From a virus, in IMG/VR virus record IMGVR_UViG_3300030419_007641, positions 132,878-196,877 of that record: a DNA stretch of 64,000 nt; one strand, given 5' to 3'. The translations under genes were made by a program, and so were the position numbers. Below are positions 57,093 through 64,000 of the stretch, one piece after another (positions within the stretch are counted from its first letter, which is position 1; each line of letters starts with the position of its first letter). The notes beneath the pieces are model-generated. The model saw only the letters and a program-made list of their open reading frames with translations. It did not search any database and had not been told where the DNA came from.

Positions 57093-59870
57093 ATGGCCAA
57101 CGGGTATCAACAAAACCAGCCCTCCCCGGGACGCGCTCCACGTAGAGCAGTCGGCTCAGAACCGCAGCCTGTAGGAAGCGATAAATCTTCAGAAGCAAAC
57201 GAGCATCACGAATATAGAAATAAAGCTGTAATAAATCAAAGAGGAGCTACTTTAGAAATAAATAATTCAACTGACCGCGAAGAGCTTAAGTTATCTCAGT
57301 ACTCGGGCTCTAACATAGCATTAAACAATTTAGTTAATAGTGAATTAGCAAGTAACAATAAGCAAACTAAGGTTGTTAATGATAAATTTGAGTCTGTAGG
57401 TAATGATAGAAATGTATACGTAGGTAAAGATAAAGTAGAGCGAGTAGTAGAAAATACTTATATCTTAAGGGGATTCGAAAATGATGATCAACTTATAGCT
57501 GCTGAAAACTGGAAGGGTACTTATACTGGAATAGCTAGAGATAACTCTCAATTTAGAATACAGAGAGGGGGATCTAGTTTTCCTAACGGCGTGGTTACAC
57601 CACTAATATATGAACAAAATCCAGATTTTATTAATAACCCCGCGCCGTGGGCCGGTCCTAATGACCAACAACAACAGCAACTACCTCAGGAAGTTATAGG
57701 TCGTGCTCCAAATCCAACCCTTAATCAATATAGATGGAGTGTAAATAATATATTTGGAGGGTTCGGAAAACCAGCTCAGCCGAATGCTGATCCACCAGAA
57801 AATCAACGATGCGCACCTGCAGTTAAAAAGGGTGTTGACGAAGTTAAAGATTTTGAATTTGTTCGACCCGGGTTAAGAGTGGGCCCCCGTAGAAATCGGG
57901 TAGACGAATTATCTGTCCTAGGCGGCTCCGGAGGAGTTGGTGGTGATGCAAATTTCGAAAATCCTTATGGTTCTAGAAATAGAGGGGTAATGACATTTGG
58001 TCCTAATTGGTCAGCTTCTACGGAAGGCGGTAGATGGAATCCTACGCCTAATTTTACATTAATTCCTGGTGATCCAAATGGATTTACCCAACAGCAACAA
58101 GCTATTGTTAATATACAAAATACTTTAAACAACTATGAATTAGACATGGGGAATGGTGGCGATGAAATTGATTTTGTAAAGCGTCATAAAATAGAAACAA
58201 TCGGAGCCGCTACTAATGACTACCCTTCTATTCGTGTAGATGAATTCGGTAGATCGCAACCAGTAGGAGTAGATGTTGGAAGATATACAACATATGTCAA
58301 CATGGACACAATTCCTCATGTCGAGCAAGTGAATAATGACATGACGTTTCCTGTTGGTAATTATACATTAAATGTTGGCAACAGGTACAACATGCTAGTA
58401 GGATCCGGTGGTGTGCAATTAAAAACCTCGGGGGCTGTTGAAATAGGAGGCACAACTGCTAATCTTGCCGCTAATAAAGTAACAGTACAGGGGTGCTCAG
58501 GTGTACATATAGGTAGTGAAAGCGTTGTAGAAATTCAATCTAAGAAAAGTATCTCTTTAAGATCTGACAGGCAAGTATTAATTTCACCGAGCTTGGGAAT
58601 ACAAAATGATTTAAAGGTGGGTGGTGCGTCGTATGTAGAGGGAGAAGCATATGTTCAGCATGTAACTGCGCCTATAGAGGTACAAGAAACGCATGCTACA
58701 GAATTATTTGGAAAGTTTAATACTGATTGTCCGCGGGAACTTCAAATAGGAGAAGCCGCAATTGATATGGTTAAGTTTGCTAATCAGCTGAACTTTATAC
58801 TTGATGAACCGTTGCAGGTAAATCAAAGTCACGGTGAAGGAGAGGTTATATGCTATTATCCTGTATTTGCACTTAAAGAGGATGATTTAATTAAAACATA
58901 TCCCCATTCTCATAACTTTAACAACCTACCGTTAAGATTATGTCAAGGAAATGAAGATGTTAGGAAATTTGCAATGTGTGAAGGTATAAATGTAGATGCC
59001 TCACAAACAAGAGCTTTACCAATTGTTGATGAGAAAAAGGACCCGTGGCGTACAACGGGACCGACAGGAGAAATAGGTGAAAATAACGAAATTATTTATC
59101 CATGTAAACCCACTCGTGTACCGTCGCTCTCTTGCGAGCCTCCTGAGCCGCCTACGTGTCCAGATATTCCTGATTGTTCAGGTGAAACGCAATCAGAGCC
59201 TACGGTACCTATTACATCCTCTGTAGAAGCATTAAATAAGCAAGAGGAACAAATACGGCGACAAGAAAGCGCAAGGATGAAATTAAATCCTGGTAACCCA
59301 GACTTTATAAATTTTGATGATGTACTGGAAGCACGTAAAGAGCGCGCATGTGCTCGGGCTTGTAGAAAGCCCCCTGTAGAACTTTTTGACGGGGATGCTC
59401 AACAGTTTCCGGACATCGCAAATGCTCTCATTGCACGTGACGGTGGTGATTGTGGTCAACAATTACAGCAGGTTTGTGGTTGTGGTGGTGGTAATGGTCC
59501 GGATGGTAACCCATGTCCTATTGAACCTGGACGTGTACCGGATCAAAATTTTCCAAACGAGGCATTCAAGAATAAAGAAGGTGGCTGGGAACCCGGTAAT
59601 GCAAAAGAGATTGACAATGACTTAGGATTGCTTGAAGATGGTGACTTTGAATTTGTCGATGCAGATGGAAACACGCAAACCGGAATGGAAGGTCTTAGAT
59701 TGAAATGGGACTCAATTAACAGGCAGCGTCAAGCAGATAATAAGCCTCTAATTAATTTCCCAGAAATTTCTAATCCGGACGCAGGCGGTGAAAATATAGC
59801 TGCAGGGCCGTGGGGACCAAATGCTCCAGAGAACCCGTTAGTTGATGCTGGTATTGGGCCGGTTAATTAA
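57093..59870 (+). CDS. gp5 C-terminal-like spike/beta-helix protein with long Pro/Gly/Cys-rich extensions
   Basis: INQRGATLEINN, SGSNI, VG.D...YVG.D, YTLNVGNRY...VGSGG repeats; follows the OB-fold gene. Confidence 0.6.
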   Translation: MANGYQQNQPSPGRAPRRAVGSEPQPVGSDKSSEANEHHEYRNKAVINQRGATLEINNSTDREELKLSQYSGSNIALNNLVNSELASNNKQTKVVNDKFESVGNDRNVYVGKDKVERVVENTYILRGFENDDQLIAAENWKGTYTGIARDNSQFRIQRGGSSFPNGVVTPLIYEQNPDFINNPAPWAGPNDQQQQQLPQEVIGRAPNPTLNQYRWSVNNIFGGFGKPAQPNADPPENQRCAPAVKKGVDEVKDFEFVRPGLRVGPRRNRVDELSVLGGSGGVGGDANFENPYGSRNRGVMTFGPNWSASTEGGRWNPTPNFTLIPGDPNGFTQQQQAIVNIQNTLNNYELDMGNGGDEIDFVKRHKIETIGAATNDYPSIRVDEFGRSQPVGVDVGRYTTYVNMDTIPHVEQVNNDMTFPVGNYTLNVGNRYNMLVGSGGVQLKTSGAVEIGGTTANLAANKVTVQGCSGVHIGSESVVEIQSKKSISLRSDRQVLISPSLGIQNDLKVGGASYVEGEAYVQHVTAPIEVQETHATELFGKFNTDCPRELQIGEAAIDMVKFANQLNFILDEPLQVNQSHGEGEVICYYPVFALKEDDLIKTYPHSHNFNNLPLRLCQGNEDVRKFAMCEGINVDASQTRALPIVDEKKDPWRTTGPTGEIGENNEIIYPCKPTRVPSLSCEPPEPPTCPDIPDCSGETQSEPTVPITSSVEALNKQEEQIRRQESARMKLNPGNPDFINFDDVLEARKERACARACRKPPVELFDGDAQQFPDIANALIARDGGDCGQQLQQVCGCGGGNGPDGNPCPIEPGRVPDQNFPNEAFKNKEGGWEPGNAKEIDNDLGLLEDGDFEFVDADGNTQTGMEGLRLKWDSINRQRQADNKPLINFPEISNPDAGGENIAAGPWGPNAPENPLVDAGIGPVN

Positions 59871-60480
59871 TTTCATCAACCAGCCCTAATTCTAAACAAG
59901 TATTGCTATCAAACCAGAGATCATGCTTCAAAATCTCATTAAGCTTCTTCATAGGCACTTTTGTATATTCTTTATACACGGCTTTGATTGTATCCATTAA
60001 ATGCTTATTATTTTCCATGTCATCTTCTAGTTCAGTATATTTACCATAACTAGTTGCTGAAAGCTGGTGGATAAGCATCTTAGAGTATTTTCCAATATAC
60101 CTCTTGCTACATGCTACTGAAATTAGTGTAGCAGCAGAAGCAGCTGCACCCTCAATATATGAATGAACTTCACTATTAAGATTTCTTATTGCATCAACTG
60201 TAGCCAGCCCAGCAAAAAGAGACCCACCATAAGAATTAATATGCAGATTAATATGAGGTTTAACATCAAGAAACAGATTTGTGACAGAAAGCTTTTTATC
60301 CATTTCATATAACGCTGCATTTAATTCTAAAGCATTTGATTCAGTAATATCACCATAGAAATATAGATTGTTTTCAACTATTTTAGTAACACCGCCGCTA
60401 CCAGCCGGGCTAGCATTAATAGTAACTATTTGTTGCGTTTCTTGCTCTCGTTCTTCTTCGTTTAAGTATTTCCATTTCAT
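59863..60480 (-). CDS. clpP: ClpP-like serine protease
   Basis: INSYGGS, AASAA (catalytic Ser), LIHQ (His) and LGLVDEI motifs. Confidence 0.85.
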   Translation of the reverse strand: MKWKYLNEEEREQETQQIVTINASPAGSGGVTKIVENNLYFYGDITESNALELNAALYEMDKKLSVTNLFLDVKPHINLHINSYGGSLFAGLATVDAIRNLNSEVHSYIEGAAASAATLISVACSKRYIGKYSKMLIHQLSATSYGKYTELEDDMENNKHLMDTIKAVYKEYTKVPMKKLNEILKHDLWFDSNTCLELGLVDEIN

Positions 60481-60484
60481 AATA

Positions 60485-62131
60485 TCAGCCTTGACACGAA
60501 GCACAATTAAGAATATTTCTTGCCAGCTCTTGTGCTGGATTGGCGCTTCTCTGATAGTATAGTGACTTAATTCCACTTTGCCAGGCATAAATTAAAAGTT
60601 CATTAACTTCTCTTGGTTTTGTTTCCGGCGGGATCATTAAGTTTAGGGACTGGCCTTGATCGATATATTTTTGTCGCATTGCAGCTTGAATAATAATTTC
60701 CTTTTGTGAAATTTCACCGAAAGTCTTAAACACGTCTTTTTCTTCTTCTGTTAAAAATTTTAGATGTTGTACACTGCCCCCGTGGTTCAAGATACTCTTC
60801 CAAGTAGTTGCATTATCCTTATCTCTTTCTTTTAAAAGTTTTACAAGGTACGGGTTACGATATGTAAATTTACCTTTAGCTAAATCCTTAGTAAAATAGT
60901 TTGAATTAAGAGGTTCGATAGAAGGGGAGACCTGACCTAAAATAAATGAGCTGCTAGTAGTAGGAGCTATAGCCATCGTTGTGGCATTTCGTATACCATA
61001 TCCTTTACATAGCTCTGGCTCACCAAATAACTCTGCTAATTCTCTTGTAGCATTATCACATCTCTCTTTAATTAAGACAAACACTTCTTGATTTATACCT
61101 TTAGCCATTAACGACTCAAATGCAATCATTTTAGACTGGAGGTACGTGTGCCATCCTAATACTCCAACTCCTAATGCTCTCTGTCTTACAGCAAAGTTAT
61201 GTGGAGCTTCCATATACTTTACACCTTCAGTCTTCTTAATAAAATCAGACATTACAGCATCCAAGAAGTAAACTAAAGTCTCAATAGCATCTGTTTCCTT
61301 AATTTCGTCCCACATTGCTAAATTAAGAGAAGATAAATCACAAACAAATGATTCATCTTCATCAGAAGATAAAAATATCTCAGTACATAAATTGCTAGCG
61401 TTTATTCGCTTGCCTTGGTCTTTATAAACTTGCGGTGCATTATTGTTAGCAGTATCAGTCCAAAAAATATAAGGGTATCCTGTTTCATATCTCTTTTTAA
61501 TTATTTTTGCCCACAATTTACGCTTCTCTTTATTACCATCAACAACAGCTTGCATCCATTCATCTGTTATACATACACCGAAAGATAGATCTTGTACCGG
61601 ATCGCCTTCCGATCTAATTCTCATAAACTCCTCGATATCGGGATGTTCAACAGGTAAATAAGCTGCAAAAGAACCTCTGCGTACGTTACTCTGTGAAACA
61701 TAATTTATAAGAGCATCAAATACAGTAAGTTGATGATGTACACCTGTTGCAGCTCCTCCAGATGATATTGGAGCTCCGCGGTGTCTTACTGCACCAAAGT
61801 AGCCAGATGTACCGCCACCTACCTTTGACATTGTTCCAACTTCAGCGACCTTAGTAAGAATTTTTTCCATATCGTCGGGAATATAACTACCAAAACAAGA
61901 AATTGGTAATCCTCTTTCTTTACCAAAATTTGACCAAATAGGAGAAGACAAAGAATAAAAGCCCCGAGCCATATAGTCGGTAAACTTGTCTGCAAATCCT
62001 TTTATTTTAAGATATTTTTCAGCGGTTTTAGCAATAGTTTCAATTCTATCTTCTGGGGACTCACCCTCTTCTAAATAACCCCTTTTTAGAAATTTCTTCG
62101 AATCTGCATTTAACCAACTATAATTTTTCAT
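60485..62131 (-). CDS. nrdA: Class Ia ribonucleotide reductase alpha subunit, no ATP cone
   Basis: PISC, GGGTS, SNLCTE, VCDLSS, APTTSSS and LYYQRS motifs; C-terminal CASC. Confidence 0.95.
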   Translation of the reverse strand: MKNYSWLNADSKKFLKRGYLEEGESPEDRIETIAKTAEKYLKIKGFADKFTDYMARGFYSLSSPIWSNFGKERGLPISCFGSYIPDDMEKILTKVAEVGTMSKVGGGTSGYFGAVRHRGAPISSGGAATGVHHQLTVFDALINYVSQSNVRRGSFAAYLPVEHPDIEEFMRIRSEGDPVQDLSFGVCITDEWMQAVVDGNKEKRKLWAKIIKKRYETGYPYIFWTDTANNNAPQVYKDQGKRINASNLCTEIFLSSDEDESFVCDLSSLNLAMWDEIKETDAIETLVYFLDAVMSDFIKKTEGVKYMEAPHNFAVRQRALGVGVLGWHTYLQSKMIAFESLMAKGINQEVFVLIKERCDNATRELAELFGEPELCKGYGIRNATTMAIAPTTSSSFILGQVSPSIEPLNSNYFTKDLAKGKFTYRNPYLVKLLKERDKDNATTWKSILNHGGSVQHLKFLTEEEKDVFKTFGEISQKEIIIQAAMRQKYIDQGQSLNLMIPPETKPREVNELLIYAWQSGIKSLYYQRSANPAQELARNILNCASCQG

Positions 62132-62133
62132 AC

Positions 62134-63117
62134 TTAAAATAAGTCCTCTTCATCAAAGGATTGATTTTTCTTAGAATATTCTGTAGGCCGTGTATGGAAA
62201 AAGTCTGCCATATTATTACCCATTAATTCTTCTTCAAACCACATTGTAGCCTCAAGTGCATCATTATCAACTTCAAATGGTGCTTTAAAGCCAATCTGAT
62301 CTAGTGAAGAAATAATTCTATTTTTAATAAATCCTTTTAATAAGTCAGCATTTAAACCATCTTCTTTATAGCCGTTAACCATCCAATCAACAATTTTACT
62401 TTCTGCTTTTAATGCTTCTTCTGCTTCGTGTAAAATTCTTTCTTCTAATTCTTCATCAAACAGCTCTGGATATTCTTCTCTAATTGTGTTTATAATTTTT
62501 ATACCAACAAGTGCGTGAATGTTTTCTTCATTTCGAGTATATTTTACTTGTTGATCTGTATCCTTAAGAACATTTTTATTTCTCGCGAACCAATTAATAA
62601 TATAAAATTGTGAAAACAGCGAAACATTTTCAACAAAAAGAGTAAACAGTATTAGTGCGTACAAATATTGTTTTTTACTATCTTTATAAAACTTATGTGT
62701 ATATTTGCGTAAATATTTTACTCTACCTTCTATCCATTCTAATTTTAAATTTTCTTCAAATATTTCTTCAAGTCCTAGTATTTGCAGCAATCTCTCGTAT
62801 GCATTGTTATGTATAACTTCGACATTTGCCATAACATAACCTAAATCACATAAAGAAGGGTGAGGTAAATTCTCACCCAATTTAGCCCAAAACGTCTTTA
62901 CTGCTACTTCAATTTGTCCAATAGCAGAAAGGGTTCGGACAATAATCTCTCTTTCTTGATCTGTTAGCTCAACCTTAAATTGTTGAATATCTGACTTAAA
63001 AGAAAATTCCTTATCAGTCCAAAACCCATTATGCATAGCTTCAATAAACTGATCAGTCCATGGGTATCTATTAGGCTTTCTAGATACTTGCTCTGTGAAT
63101 ATAGTGCTCCCGTCCAT
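62134..63117 (-). CDS. nrdB: Ribonucleotide reductase beta subunit
   Basis: W...E, EVIHNNAY, EN.SLF and NEENIH diiron motifs. Confidence 0.95.
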   Translation of the reverse strand: MDGSTIFTEQVSRKPNRYPWTDQFIEAMHNGFWTDKEFSFKSDIQQFKVELTDQEREIIVRTLSAIGQIEVAVKTFWAKLGENLPHPSLCDLGYVMANVEVIHNNAYERLLQILGLEEIFEENLKLEWIEGRVKYLRKYTHKFYKDSKKQYLYALILFTLFVENVSLFSQFYIINWFARNKNVLKDTDQQVKYTRNEENIHALVGIKIINTIREEYPELFDEELEERILHEAEEALKAESKIVDWMVNGYKEDGLNADLLKGFIKNRIISSLDQIGFKAPFEVDNDALEATMWFEEELMGNNMADFFHTRPTEYSKKNQSFDEEDLF

Positions 63118-63138
63118 TATCGCTTTACCTAGTGTGAG

Positions 63139-63369
63139 CTATACGGGTATGACAGCTTTTAAACCACCGTGAGGTAGTGAAAATGTTTTAACAAAACGTT
63201 TTCCTGAAGACTCAACAGTCACAGTCATTATGTGTCCGCTAGCGTAAGGCTGCGACACAATGTTACCACCAACGGTAATTACTCTATATAATTGTCCTGT
63301 TCCCGCTTCAAATATTTTTACCGTGGTGGGAGAACCCTGCTGTGCTATAAATTGTTTAGTCTTGCTCAT
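63139..63369 (-). CDS. Hypothetical protein
   Basis: 76-aa ORF in the co-directional run. Confidence 0.5.
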   Translation of the reverse strand: MSKTKQFIAQQGSPTTVKIFEAGTGQLYRVITVGGNIVSQPYASGHIMTVTVESSGKRFVKTFSLPHGGLKAVIPV

Positions 63370-63724
63370 AATCTCTGATATTATTTATGAAATGTACTAC
63401 TTCTGGATCAGATTTATGTGTAGCAAAGTTTAAAGTATTTGATACTTTTTTTGCTGTTTGTGATGCTTGAATCTTATGAAATTCAATGAGTTCTACTAGT
63501 TGTTGTGAATCGCATTCCGGAAGACTATCTTCATTGACATTTAATATGTTTCTGATTTCTTGTATTGAGTATCCCTTATTAAGATACGTCTTAGCCTTTT
63601 GCGTGATAAAATATTTTTTAAGATTATTTTCGTCTACATAATCCTTAACTTTCTTATCATAGTAATCTTGACTATATGTATAGCTTTTTCCGGTAATAGA
63701 ACATGTGATCCTTCGACTTGACAT
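63356..63724 (-). CDS. Hypothetical protein
   Basis: Start reassigned to the ATG at 63724, 6 nt after TATAAT (TTGTTT-N16-TATAAT). Confidence 0.55.
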   Translation of the reverse strand: MSSRRITCSITGKSYTYSQDYYDKKVKDYVDENNLKKYFITQKAKTYLNKGYSIQEIRNILNVNEDSLPECDSQQLVELIEFHKIQASQTAKKVSNTLNFATHKSDPEVVHFINNIRDYEQD

Positions 63725-63738
63725 TGCTATATTATAAT

Positions 63739-64000
63739 CTACTCCCACGGAAAAACAATCCATTTATTATCAGGCACCACTACACCGTAGTGATCTAACC
63801 ACTTTGTATGTTTTTCCTTTGTACAAATACATGCTGTAGTATAAGGTATGTTACCTAGAGCTAGCTTGGTAGTAAGGTGTTCCATAGTATCACCCGTATC
63901 ACATATATCATCTACAACTAAAACATGTAAATTGTTATTAGTTTCATATAGTTCATAAAAATTTACTGTTTGACCGACGCGTAAATTTTCTGTCTTTTTT
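63739..64000 (-). CDS. Type I phosphoribosyltransferase (Gpt/Hpt-like), 5'-truncated, not in the ORF track
   Basis: VLVVDDICDTGDT PRPP-binding loop and C-terminal WIVFPWE*. Confidence 0.85.
   Translation of the reverse strand, partial: KKTENLRVGQTVNFYELYETNNNLHVLVVDDICDTGDTMEHLTTKLALGNIPYTTACICTKEKHTKWLDHYGVVVPDNKWIVFPWE

Noticed and set aside
1-64000. Stop-codon reassignment (as in some large phages)
   Set aside because: Conserved genes end cleanly at TAA, TAG (e.g. 1520, 19241) and TGA, and core ORFs are full length in code 11
1-64000. tRNA, rRNA or CRISPR array
   Set aside because: No cloverleaf/T-loop signatures or regularly spaced repeat-spacer units were seen by eye, and intergenic gaps are mostly under 90 bp; tRNAscan-SE would confirm

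Overview
This window is part of a large T4-like myovirus genome (Tevenvirinae/Kyanoviridae-type core genes), AT-rich and gene-dense, using the standard genetic code. It holds: (i) a 0.2-9.2 kb late cluster of probable internal-head proteins; (ii) a dispersed 7-deazaguanine DNA-modification pathway (folE, queD, queE, queF, a PurN-like formyltransferase next to queF, and a TGT-fold DpdA-like gene; queC not seen in the window); (iii) a ~17.5 kb glycosylation island with an inverted nucleotide-heptose-like operon (RpiB::HldE-adenylyltransferase fusion, HldE-type kinase, cupin, transaldolase, HAD); (iv) clamp-loader, GroES-like and DinG genes; (v) head/neck genes gp15, gp20, gp13, gp4, gp21, gp22 and gp23; (vi) a Cys-rich fibre protein; (vii) a curli-like module (CsgF, CsgG, curlin-like solenoid, FecR, CHASE2-adenylate cyclase); (viii) a split gp5-like hub/spike, ClpP-like protease, class Ia nrdAB and a partial Gpt-like PRTase. 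Two promoter classes (TAAATA late; TTGANN-N15-17-TATAAT early) sit only about 5-10 nt from start codons, implying near-leaderless mRNAs. No tRNA, rRNA or CRISPR array was recognised. All family assignments come from motif recognition by eye, not from database searches.
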